Source: Promethearchaeota archaeon
GTDB lineage: Archaea > Asgardarchaeota > Lokiarchaeia > Sigyniarchaeales > SOKP01
DNA length: 64,000 bases
Assembly: GCA_019894975.1 (NCBI GenBank)
Contig: JAGXNO010000003.1
Coordinates: 64,001-128,000, forward strand
Direction: 5' to 3'
Shown here: in pieces, positions 21,107-30,605 of the stretch
Numbering within the stretch: position 1 is the stretch's first letter
How the letters are laid out: the number at the start of each line of letters is the position of its first letter
The notes under the pieces: generated by a model
The model's input: only the letters and a program-made list of their open reading frames with translations
Told to the model about the DNA's origin: nothing
Database searches by the model: none
Program-made: the position numbers and the translations under genes

Positions 21107-24100
21107 TTATATTATAAGTGCCTTTATAGAAGCCTCAATTTGCTCAAAATCGTAATGCTTAATTGAGATTGCCCCCACAGGACAGCTTACCGCGCAAGTT
21201 CCACATCCTTTACAGAGACTTGAATTGACAGAAGACTTTTTTATAGGAAGACTTACCTCTTCAAATTCTTTAAGGCTATCTATTATTTCTATTGCATTGT
21301 AAGCACATGTCTCCTCGCAAGTCCCACACCCAATACACATATCTTGATTTACTTCAGCAATTAATCCTGACGATGTAATCTCTCCCGCACTTAAAAATCT
21401 ACTTGCTCTTCCCGCAGCACCATTTGCTTGCGATATTGAATCCTGTATATTTTTTGGCCACTGAGCACATCCACATAAGAATATTCCCTCAGTAGCAAAA
21501 TCTAATGGTCTTAATTTTACATGTGCTTCTAGAAAAAAACCATTTTTATCTAAAGGAACCTTGAGCATTTTTGCTAACCCATCTAAATTGTCAGCGGGAA
21601 CCATAGGAGTCGATAGAACTAATAAATCTGTGTTAAATTTGATATCATCTTGTAAATTAGTATCAAAAACTTTAATTTCAAACTTACTTGTTCCTTCATC
21701 TATCTCTTTAATCACCGGTGGACTCTCTAAATCATATCTCAAAAAAATAGCATCTTTTCTTCGCTCACGGTAATATCTTTCAAATTCTTTTTTTGCCATT
21801 TGAAGATCTCGATAGAGAACGATTAATTTGAGGTCCTGCTTTAGCTCTTTTAGGATGTTAATATTTTTTATAGCACTTTCGCAACAAATATTTGAGCAAT
21901 ATGTTATTCCGCTCTCCTGCCTAGCATTAACGCATAATAACGTTGTAATATGATTCAGATTATCAAGCCATGAATTATCCTCATCTTTAAATTTCTGTTC
22001 GAGTTGCAGTTGTGTAATTACATTATGGTTCGTATACTTATAGTCAAAAAATTCATTAGGTGTTAATTCTTGGCCGCCAGTAGCAACAATAATAGTACCA
22101 ATTTTTAATTCATGAACATTTTTATCTGAATCGAGCAATGCAACATCATAATTACCAATATATCCCGTAATATCTTTAAATTCAGAATTTAAAAAGATTT
22201 GAATGTTTTTATTATTCTTAACTTTTTCTATGGTTTCGTTTAATAAGATTGAAGCATCTTCTTGAGTGGGAAATAACATATTTAGGTGCCTTAGATTTCC
22301 ACCTAGGTTTTTCTCCTTTTCTATAAGATAAGTATTAAATCCTTGATTAGCAATGTTCAAAGCAGCCGTCATTCCAGATATCCCTCCACCAATTACCATT
22401 GTAGTTTGAGTGATTTTCAATTTCTTTTCTTCTTGTGGTCTTAACAACCTTGATTTAGCAATACCCATTCTTATTAAATCAATTGCCTTTTCAGTAGCAA
22501 GCTCTTTTTCTGTCATATGTACCCATGAACATTGATCACGGATATTTACCATATCAAATAAGTATTTATTTAATCCCGCTTCTTGACAGGTTTCTTGGAA
22601 TAATGACTCGTGTGTTCTTGGTGTACATGATGCTACAATAAATCTATTTAAATCAAATTCACTTATTACTTCCTTTATTCGCTCTTGAGAATCTGAGCTA
22701 CAAGAATATAGATTGTCTTCACAGAAGGCTACATTAGGTAACGTTTTTATTTGTTCAATAACTTGAGGGATATCAACATATTTCCCTATATTAATTCCAC
22801 AATGACAGATTAATACTCCAATTCTTGGATCATCAGTATCTTTTACTATTTTTTCGGGTATTCCAATAATTTTCTCTTTTGTTTCAGTAAATTTAAAGGA
22901 ATTAAGCAATGTAGCTATTTGTGAGGCAACTCCACTGGCATCAGCAACAGTTTCTGGTATATCCATTGGACCTTGACAAAAACCAGCCAAAAAAATTCCT
23001 TCTTTGGAAGACAGTGATTTATTGAAGTATGATCTTTCCTTAAAGAAATTATAATCATCTAATTCGATATCTAAAACTTTAGAAAATTCTTTGGTCCCAG
23101 CCGAAGGAACTAGAGGTGAAGCTAGTACGACAAGATTTGCCTTAAAATCTTTAAATTCACCTGTTTTTAGATCCTCATAGTGAATGATTAAATCATTAGA
23201 TTCTGGATCTTCTATTATTCTACTAACCTTTGTCTGGAAATATTTTATACCATATTCTTCTTGAGCTCTCTGAGTAAACTCATAAAAATTTTTTCCATAA
23301 GCTCTAATATCATGTCTAAATACAAAACATTTTGAGTTTTCAGAGTGTTCTCGTGTTATAATCGCTTCTTTTGCAGTATACATGCAACATACACTGGAAC
23401 AATAGGGGATTCCCTCACGTAAGTCTCTAGATCCCGCACATTGAATAAATGCGATTATTTCTGGTTCTTCCTCATCGCTAGGTCGTAAAATATGACCTCC
23501 AAATGGCCCAGAGGCAGACAGCATTCGTTCGTATTCCAAGGCATTTACCACATTTTTATACTTATAACCCCATCGTGAGCTTAATTCTTCCCCAAGTACA
23601 TCATATCCCGTAGCAACAACAATAGCTCCAACGTTTAATTTGATTTCTTGAGGTTTTTGTTCATAATCTATTGCTTCTACTTTACAAACCTTTTCACAAA
23701 CTCCGCATACTCCCTTAGTTAGTTTTAAACATAGCTCAGAGTCAATTAAGTACACAGGAGGTACTGCTTGAGGAAATGGAATGTACACAGATTTTCTTTT
23801 ACCAAGATTCATATCAAAGATATTAGGTGATTCAATCTTTGGACATTTGGTAGCACAATCACCACACCCTTTACATTTAGTCTCGTCAATATAACGAGGT
23901 TTCTTAAGGACTGTAACCACAAAATTCCCAGGCTTACCAGATACTTTTTGAACTTCATGATAGGTCATTAATTCAATATTAGGATTTCTAAATACCTCTA
24001 CCATTTTAGGAGCTAAAATACATAGACTGCAATCATTTGTAGGAAAGGTTTTATCAAGTTGAGCCATCCTTCCTCCGATTGAAGGTGTTTTTTCTACTAA

Positions 24101-24187
24101 ATAAACGTTAAATCCTAATTCAGATAAATCTAAAGATGTTTGTATCCCTGCAATCCCACCACCAATAACTAACACTGATCCTTCCAT
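21107..24187 (-). CDS. hdrA: Large tandem HdrA-like flavoprotein, close paralogue of 14941..18048
   Basis: Same motif architecture and near-identical N-terminus (MEGSVLVIGGGIAG). Confidence 0.93.
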   Translation of the reverse strand: MEGSVLVIGGGIAGIQTSLDLSELGFNVYLVEKTPSIGGRMAQLDKTFPTNDCSLCILAPKMVEVFRNPNIELMTYHEVQKVSGKPGNFVVTVLKKPRYIDETKCKGCGDCATKCPKIESPNIFDMNLGKRKSVYIPFPQAVPPVYLIDSELCLKLTKGVCGVCEKVCKVEAIDYEQKPQEIKLNVGAIVVATGYDVLGEELSSRWGYKYKNVVNALEYERMLSASGPFGGHILRPSDEEEPEIIAFIQCAGSRDLREGIPYCSSVCCMYTAKEAIITREHSENSKCFVFRHDIRAYGKNFYEFTQRAQEEYGIKYFQTKVSRIIEDPESNDLIIHYEDLKTGEFKDFKANLVVLASPLVPSAGTKEFSKVLDIELDDYNFFKERSYFNKSLSSKEGIFLAGFCQGPMDIPETVADASGVASQIATLLNSFKFTETKEKIIGIPEKIVKDTDDPRIGVLICHCGINIGKYVDIPQVIEQIKTLPNVAFCEDNLYSCSSDSQERIKEVISEFDLNRFIVASCTPRTHESLFQETCQEAGLNKYLFDMVNIRDQCSWVHMTEKELATEKAIDLIRMGIAKSRLLRPQEEKKLKITQTTMVIGGGISGMTAALNIANQGFNTYLIEKEKNLGGNLRHLNMLFPTQEDASILLNETIEKVKNNKNIQIFLNSEFKDITGYIGNYDVALLDSDKNVHELKIGTIIVATGGQELTPNEFFDYKYTNHNVITQLQLEQKFKDEDNSWLDNLNHITTLLCVNARQESGITYCSNICCESAIKNINILKELKQDLKLIVLYRDLQMAKKEFERYYRERRKDAIFLRYDLESPPVIKEIDEGTSKFEIKVFDTNLQDDIKFNTDLLVLSTPMVPADNLDGLAKMLKVPLDKNGFFLEAHVKLRPLDFATEGIFLCGCAQWPKNIQDSISQANGAAGRASRFLSAGEITSSGLIAEVNQDMCIGCGTCEETCAYNAIEIIDSLKEFEEVSLPIKKSSVNSSLCKGCGTCAVSCPVGAISIKHYDFEQIEASIKALII

Positions 24188-24270
24188 TATTTAGCACTTC
24201 TAATTTTTTTTAATAAGGTTTAGTTTACAGAATCTTTTTTCCCGTTGAATAAAAAATAAGGATATGAAAT

Positions 24271-24399
24271 TATATAAACATTTTTATAATGAATGATCAG
24301 AATCTAACATTTTTTGCTTTGTGAATGATCAGTCCCAAATATTTGTCACTTTTATATTTTCGTAATCAACCATTCCGTTACTTTTGTATTTTCGTAATC
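24271..24399 (-). promoter_or_regulatory. Candidate promoter of hdrA (21107..24187) with two pairs of upstream direct repeats
   Basis: TTTATATA TATA-like box on the minus strand at 24271-24278; TGAATGATCAG at 24290 and 24322; ACTTTT(A/G)TATTTTCGTAATC at 24348 and 24380. Confidence 0.45.
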
Positions 24400-24703
24400 G
24401 TTTATTTTGTTTGTTAATGTTATATTATTAGGAAGAATAGATCCAGATTGATAACTTATTTTGGGTTTTAAGATGGATTCAAGCATGATCACAATTCTTT
24501 CTTACCTATTATCTGCATTATGTTTATTGGTGATAATAAAAAATGGATTAATGATCCATATCTCTCACACAAATCCAAATACTTATTAAGATTGATCAAA
24601 GATCAAAGATATAATAGAGAAAATACTATTCTTTGAAAAAAAATGATTTTAGAATAAAAATTTTTTTTGGAACTATTAATAAAAATTGAGATAAATTCTT
24701 TAT

Positions 24704-25135
24704 TTATTTTAGTTTTAAAGGTCCTTGTTCTTTTATTTGATTTGTAAATTCTGTAATTACCTCTGAAAATCTCTTCCCTTCAGAGGCACTAACCCATTCA
24801 AGTCTAAACCTTTTTTTAAGATTAAATATTTTTAAAACATCCTGAAAACGTTCAAATCTATCTCGTGCAAACTCGTTACCTTTTAAGTAGTGACAATCTC
24901 CAATATGACACCCAGTTACAATAACTCCATCAATGCCATCTTTAAATGCTTCTAAAATGAAGGCAGGATCTACTCTCCCAGAGCACATTACCCGTACTAT
25001 CCTAATTGTAGCAGGGTATTGAAATCGTGAGACTCCCGCCAAATCTGCTCCCGCATAACTGCACCAATTGCAACAAAAACATAAAATTTTTGGGTGAAAT
25101 TCCTTTTGACTTACTTTTTTTTTTGACTTAGACAT
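24704..25135 (-). CDS. mvhD: MvhD [2Fe-2S] subunit (Cys form)
   Basis: FCCNWCSYAGAD, CSGRVD and GCHIGDCHY motifs. Confidence 0.95.
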   Translation of the reverse strand: MSKSKKKVSQKEFHPKILCFCCNWCSYAGADLAGVSRFQYPATIRIVRVMCSGRVDPAFILEAFKDGIDGVIVTGCHIGDCHYLKGNEFARDRFERFQDVLKIFNLKKRFRLEWVSASEGKRFSEVITEFTNQIKEQGPLKLK

Positions 25136-25159
25136 AAGTTACTACCTTAGAATTTAACT

Positions 25160-28100
25160 TTAGGTTAATAGTGCTGAAATCATTGCATTAATTTGCTCAA
25201 AACCAAAATGTTTGATTACTATTGTGGAATTAGGACATTGAGCCCCACAAGTACCACAACCTTTACAGAGTGCAGGATTAATATGAGATTTCTTTGTAGC
25301 CATTGTAAAATCTTCAAACACTCGTTCTTTCTCTATTAGTTCAATCGCGTTGAATTGGCAGACATCTTGACAATTTCCACAACCAATACAATTTTCTTCT
25401 ATTACAGTCGCTACAAGCCCTGATGTTACAATTTTTTCAGCACTTAATATTTTTACTGCTTGAGCAGCAGCTCCATTGGATTGTGCTATTGACTCTCGAA
25501 GATCTTTAGGTGAATGAGCACATCCACATAGGTATATTCCATCGGTTGCGAAATCTATTGGTCTCAACTTAACGTGAGCTTCTAAAAAGAATTTATCCTC
25601 GTTTAACGGAACTTTTAACATTTTCGCTAATTCTTCGTTTTCTTTGATTGGTGCTTCTAATCCTGTACTTAAAACGATTAGATCTGGATTTATTATAAGT
25701 TCTCCTAAATCAGGATTATTTACTCTTAAATTTAATTGTTTGTTTTTTAAATTTAATTCTGGGGGATTGGTTTTATCAAATCTGATAAAAATAATGTTAT
25801 TATCTCGCGCTTGGTTATAATATTTTTCTTTAAAGCCATAGGTTCTAATATCGCGATATAAGACCACTATTTCTATATTAGGATTAATTTCTTTTGCTTT
25901 TAACGCATTTTTTATGGCTTCTGAACAACAGATTCTACTACAATATGAGTGTTCTTCATTTCTGGACCCAACACATTGAATCATAACTATAGATTTTAAT
26001 CCTTTTATCTTATCTGTAGTAAAAAGATCTTTTTCAAAGTTAGTTTGAGTTATAATTCTTTTATCTTGCCCAAATTTATATTCTTTTGGTTGATATTCTT
26101 TTGCTCCAGTAGCTACAATAATTATGCCATGATCAAGATCAATGCTTTTCTTAATACTCCCATGGCTAATGTTTGTGGAAAAATTTCCAATATATCCTGA
26201 GATTGAATTAATTCTGGCTTCTTTAAATACATGGATAAGTTGATTACTTTCTACATTTTTAATCAAATTCCTAAGATAATCTTGAATATCATCATTTTCA
26301 AGTGTTTTATAAAGATTATTTGCAATCCCCCCTAAAGAATCTTCTTTTTCAATTAAAAATATCTCAAAACCTTGAGAGGCAAGGTTTAATGCTGCAGTGA
26401 TTCCAGATACACCCCCACCTATAATTAATCCCTTATCTATCACAGCTATTTCTTGTTCTTGTAATGGTATTAATTGACTAGCCTTTGCTACTGACATCCT
26501 TAGTAAGTCTTTCGATTTTGCTGTTGCTTTTTCTGGTTCATGCATATGAACCCATGAGCATTGATCACGGATATTAACCATTTCAAAAAGATATTTATTC
26601 AAACCAACCTCTCTTATAGTTGCTTGAAATAAAGATTCATGAGTTCTTGGGGTACATGAGGCAACTATTACTCTATTAAGTTGGTTCTTTTCTATTTTTT
26701 CTTTAATATTAGTTTGAGTATCTGCTGAACATGTATACAAATTATGCTCTGCATAAACGACATCGGGCAGTGTCTTAACATATTCTACAACACTAGGAAC
26801 ATCAACTACACCCCCGATGTTTATCCCACAGTGACATATAAATACACCTATTCGGGGTGGAAGACTACTTACGTCTAATTCATTGGGAAGTTCTTTCTTT
26901 GAGATTAATTTATTTCTTGCTTCTGATAATAGAACATTGACACGTCCTGCAGCAGCACTAGCTTCAATAACAGTTTCTGGAATATCTTTAGGTGCTGCAA
27001 ATGCACCACATACATAAATTCCCGGTTTAGAGGTCTCTACGGGAGAAAAAGTTTCAGTTTTACAAAATCCATAATCATTTAATTCAAAATTTAATACTTG
27101 TGCTAATTCTTTTGCTTTTTGATTTGGTTGCATTCCAACAGAAAGAACAACTAAGTTAAAAATTTCTTCCACAATTTTTCCATTTTCATTTTCATAATAG
27201 ACTCTTAAATCTTTAGAGTTAGGGTTTTCTTTTATGTAAGAAATTCTACGTCTGATGTATCTTACTCCATATTCATCTCTCGCTCTCTCAATATACTTAT
27301 CAAAGTCTTTACCGTACGCTCTGATATCCATCGTAAAAATGGTTGGTTTTATAATTTCCATATGTTCTTTCGCGATTACAGCTTCTTTTGTAGTGTACAT
27401 ACAGCATACTGAAGAACAGTATTCAATACCTTTACTTCTATCCCTTGAACCAATACAATGTAAAAATGCTATTTTTTTAGGAATAGTTCCGTCAGAAGGT
27501 CGAATTATTAAACCGGAATGCGGTCCACTTGCACTAAGAATACGTTCAAATTCAATACTGGTAATCACATTAAGATATTTACCATAACCATATTGTGTCA
27601 GAGGAGTGGGATCATATTCATCAAATCCAGTTGCTACTACTACAGCACCCACATTAAGAGATATCTCTTTATCTTGAATTTCATAGTCTATAGCTTTTGC
27701 TTTACATATCCCTTTGCACATTCCACAGCCAATGCATTTTTCTTTATTTATTGAAAACACTAATGGAACCGCCTGTGGAAATTTTACAGATATTGCAGCT
27801 TTATTAGAAAGCTTTTCATTAAAAAAATCAATAGCTTCAATAGGGCATTCCTGAGCGCATAAACCACATCCAGTACATTTGCTTTGATCCAAACGAAGCG
27901 TCCCTTGAGTTAATTCAACATTAAAATTACCAGGTTCACCATCAATTTTTTCGATTGAAGTGTTAATTAAAATATCGATATTTTCATGTCGACCAGTTTC
28001 TACTAATTTCGGGGCCAGAATACATATTGCACAGTCATTAGTTGGAAATGTTTTATCCAATTGAGACATAACCCCCCCAATACTGGTAGTGGATTCTGCG

Positions 28101-28195
28101 AGGTAAACTTTATATCCAGAATCTGCTAGATCTATAGAGGTTTGAATACCTGCAATTCCACCACCAATAACTAAAACAGCTCCAACTTTTTCCAT
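25160..28195 (-). CDS. hdrA: Large tandem HdrA-like flavoprotein
   Basis: LDKTFPTNDCAIC, CSSVCC, CHCGINI, SCTPRTHE, CSRICC, C-terminal ferredoxin. Confidence 0.93.
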   Translation of the reverse strand: MEKVGAVLVIGGGIAGIQTSIDLADSGYKVYLAESTTSIGGVMSQLDKTFPTNDCAICILAPKLVETGRHENIDILINTSIEKIDGEPGNFNVELTQGTLRLDQSKCTGCGLCAQECPIEAIDFFNEKLSNKAAISVKFPQAVPLVFSINKEKCIGCGMCKGICKAKAIDYEIQDKEISLNVGAVVVATGFDEYDPTPLTQYGYGKYLNVITSIEFERILSASGPHSGLIIRPSDGTIPKKIAFLHCIGSRDRSKGIEYCSSVCCMYTTKEAVIAKEHMEIIKPTIFTMDIRAYGKDFDKYIERARDEYGVRYIRRRISYIKENPNSKDLRVYYENENGKIVEEIFNLVVLSVGMQPNQKAKELAQVLNFELNDYGFCKTETFSPVETSKPGIYVCGAFAAPKDIPETVIEASAAAGRVNVLLSEARNKLISKKELPNELDVSSLPPRIGVFICHCGINIGGVVDVPSVVEYVKTLPDVVYAEHNLYTCSADTQTNIKEKIEKNQLNRVIVASCTPRTHESLFQATIREVGLNKYLFEMVNIRDQCSWVHMHEPEKATAKSKDLLRMSVAKASQLIPLQEQEIAVIDKGLIIGGGVSGITAALNLASQGFEIFLIEKEDSLGGIANNLYKTLENDDIQDYLRNLIKNVESNQLIHVFKEARINSISGYIGNFSTNISHGSIKKSIDLDHGIIIVATGAKEYQPKEYKFGQDKRIITQTNFEKDLFTTDKIKGLKSIVMIQCVGSRNEEHSYCSRICCSEAIKNALKAKEINPNIEIVVLYRDIRTYGFKEKYYNQARDNNIIFIRFDKTNPPELNLKNKQLNLRVNNPDLGELIINPDLIVLSTGLEAPIKENEELAKMLKVPLNEDKFFLEAHVKLRPIDFATDGIYLCGCAHSPKDLRESIAQSNGAAAQAVKILSAEKIVTSGLVATVIEENCIGCGNCQDVCQFNAIELIEKERVFEDFTMATKKSHINPALCKGCGTCGAQCPNSTIVIKHFGFEQINAMISALLT

Positions 28196-29472
28196 TATTT
28201 TTCTCCTTTAGGTTCATTTGAGTTTACTACTTCTATCATGTCTACTAAAAACTCAGAAAAATCTATAATATCAATTGAAGAAAAATCTTCATAATCTTTT
28301 TTTAGACATCTTAAATGCATTCGGCATTTTGGACAGGAAGTAATCATTTTTGTTCCTACTGCTTTAGCTTCCAAAAGACGCTTATATCGTAGAGCTTTAG
28401 ATTTTTCATTACAATTCATCCAGGAATTCACCCCACAACAATAAGAATTTTCTTTATTATGTTCCATTTCTTTGAAATCATATCCAATGGTTTTCAAATG
28501 CTTAAAAATTTCTCGGACATTCTCAATTACCTTATTCTCCTTTGGTAAAAACCGACTTAATCTACAAGGATCGTGATAAGTGAAAGGAATAACATCATTA
28601 GATTCATTAGGATTTTTAAATTGAACTTCTCCCTGCTTCCACTTATCAAAAATATATTCAATTATATGTTTAACTTCAAATTTATTATTAAATTCTTCAA
28701 AAATATTTGGGTAATCAATTTTAAAGGTTCTATAACATTCAGCACATGCGGTTATAATTGTTTTGATACCTGCGTCTTCAAAATTACTCAAATTTTTTTT
28801 TCCTAATTCGATAAATGCTTCGAACTTTGCCTGGCCCCAATATAGATCATGACCACAACATGTTTCATTTTTAAGAACGACTACGGGATCTCTTTCTAAT
28901 TGACAAATAATCTTTAAAGTGCTTTCCGCTATAGAAGTTGAACCTTCAAATTCATAATTAAATAAAGGTAAACATCCCACATAATATAAAATTTCTCCTT
29001 TATTTGAAACGTTACAACCTTTTGGAATCCAATCTAAAGGTCTTTCAATATTAATATTATCTTGAACCATTAGTTCTGACATTAGAGGATAAATACCTTT
29101 GTGAGCAATTGAACGATCAGGATTCTGAATATCATTTAATCGCATTTTATACCTGGCAATTCTAACAATATCAGCAAAATTAATGTCTTTAGGACAATGT
29201 TGTAGGCAACTATTACACATTAAACAATCCCATAATACCTGGCTATTAATTATCTCATCTTCAAAGCCTTCTAATATCATCTGAATAATTCTACTTGGCG
29301 TAAATTTTTGAACTTTACTAATTTGACATACACCTGAGCAACGAGCGCATTGGTAACACTTTTTTAGTAAATTAACTAAATCAGGTTCATAAATTTTTCC
29401 TATATATAAATTAGAATCAGTTTTTCCTATTTTTTCTTTTTTTAATTTTTCCAATTCTGTTATACGATTCAC
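28195..29472 (-). CDS. hdrD: HdrD-like Fe-S oxidoreductase, paralogue of 18048..19328
   Basis: CYQCARCSGVC, CLMCNSCLQHCP, CCG x2. Confidence 0.85.
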   Translation of the reverse strand: MNRITELEKLKKEKIGKTDSNLYIGKIYEPDLVNLLKKCYQCARCSGVCQISKVQKFTPSRIIQMILEGFEDEIINSQVLWDCLMCNSCLQHCPKDINFADIVRIARYKMRLNDIQNPDRSIAHKGIYPLMSELMVQDNINIERPLDWIPKGCNVSNKGEILYYVGCLPLFNYEFEGSTSIAESTLKIICQLERDPVVVLKNETCCGHDLYWGQAKFEAFIELGKKNLSNFEDAGIKTIITACAECYRTFKIDYPNIFEEFNNKFEVKHIIEYIFDKWKQGEVQFKNPNESNDVIPFTYHDPCRLSRFLPKENKVIENVREIFKHLKTIGYDFKEMEHNKENSYCCGVNSWMNCNEKSKALRYKRLLEAKAVGTKMITSCPKCRMHLRCLKKDYEDFSSIDIIDFSEFLVDMIEVVNSNEPKGEK

Positions 29473-29476
29473 TACC

Positions 29477-30589
29477 TTATTTTAGGTTTTTCATAAATTC
29501 ATGTTTTCTTTCCATTTTTGATTCAGAAAACTTTACGATTAGATTTTTTATACTTCTTCTTTTACTTTCGTCGAGTTTTAAACTTTTTATAATGTTTTTT
29601 TCCAACACCTTATTAAATATCTGTTTTCCTTTTTCAGTACGGGGCAATACAGTAGTAAATTTATCTGGGGAACCAAGTCCACCAAACGAAATATCTGAAT
29701 AAACATTAGTAAAATCAGTGCAGGAATGACAAGCAGGACGAATATAATTAACTAGTTTATTAAAAGGAATATGGATTATTTTTTCTTTTTCTTTTTCATC
29801 CTTTAGTTTTAGAATTAAATCTTCCTTAATATTTATCTTGATTATATCTTCGAATTTTATCTTAAATTCTTCTTCAAATTTCCCAATTTGAGATTTTTCA
29901 AATAAAAAATTATGATAACAGAATAAGCCAAAAGTAATCTCAACATGTTCTGAAGGGGTAACCCCAAGATTTTGCATACATCTAATCGTGTAGATTTGAC
30001 ATGGTGTTCCCACAATTGCTAGTTTTTTAAATTTATAATGATTCAGTTGAGGAATTGATTGTGTATAAGTATTAAACCTTTGAATTTCATCTAAATGAGG
30101 TGATATATTCAAATTTGTACCTGAAGCTTTGATTAAGTCGTCTTTAGTCTCTGCAAACATAGCTTCTCGGGAAAAAGGACCCTCAGCTTTAGAGACTATT
30201 GCCCCATCAATAATTTTATTTTCCAATAAAAAATTTAAAAGTGTATTAACCACGCCCCCATCTGTACCATATTTTAGAAATTCTTCATCTGTGGTTTGAC
30301 ATGAATAGATTTCTTCAGCAAATCCATAAGGCATTGAAGTGAAATCAGTGAATTGATAAGTTTTATTCAGATCATCATCTAAAATATGTGTTTGAGGGCA
30401 TAATATATAACATATACCACAATCGAGACATGCCTCCTTATTTATATATTCAGGGGGAGAATTAGGTTTTTTAAAGCCAATAACTTTTTCAAAAGCCGCT
30501 GAGCAGAATGATGTACATCCTCCACATTCTTGGCAGATCCCTTTTTCATGAACTTCCTTAATTAAATCTTGGAATGTTTTTACAGGCAT
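29477..30589 (-). CDS. FrhB/FdhB-family (F420-binding) subunit with N-terminal ferredoxin
   Basis: CQECGGC, CLDCGICYILCP, DGGVV, VGTPCQ, GLFC, CHSCTDF, DISFG. ATG 30589 (MPVKTF) preferred because the track start overlaps the upstream gene. Confidence 0.85.
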   Translation of the reverse strand: MPVKTFQDLIKEVHEKGICQECGGCTSFCSAAFEKVIGFKKPNSPPEYINKEACLDCGICYILCPQTHILDDDLNKTYQFTDFTSMPYGFAEEIYSCQTTDEEFLKYGTDGGVVNTLLNFLLENKIIDGAIVSKAEGPFSREAMFAETKDDLIKASGTNLNISPHLDEIQRFNTYTQSIPQLNHYKFKKLAIVGTPCQIYTIRCMQNLGVTPSEHVEITFGLFCYHNFLFEKSQIGKFEEEFKIKFEDIIKINIKEDLILKLKDEKEKEKIIHIPFNKLVNYIRPACHSCTDFTNVYSDISFGGLGSPDKFTTVLPRTEKGKQIFNKVLEKNIIKSLKLDESKRRSIKNLIVKFSESKMERKHEFMKNLK

Positions 30590-30605
30590 ATTTTTAATAT
30601 TTACA

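Noticed and set aside
24290-24399. CRISPR array
   Set aside because: Only two copies of each short repeat, spacers too short, and no cas genes.
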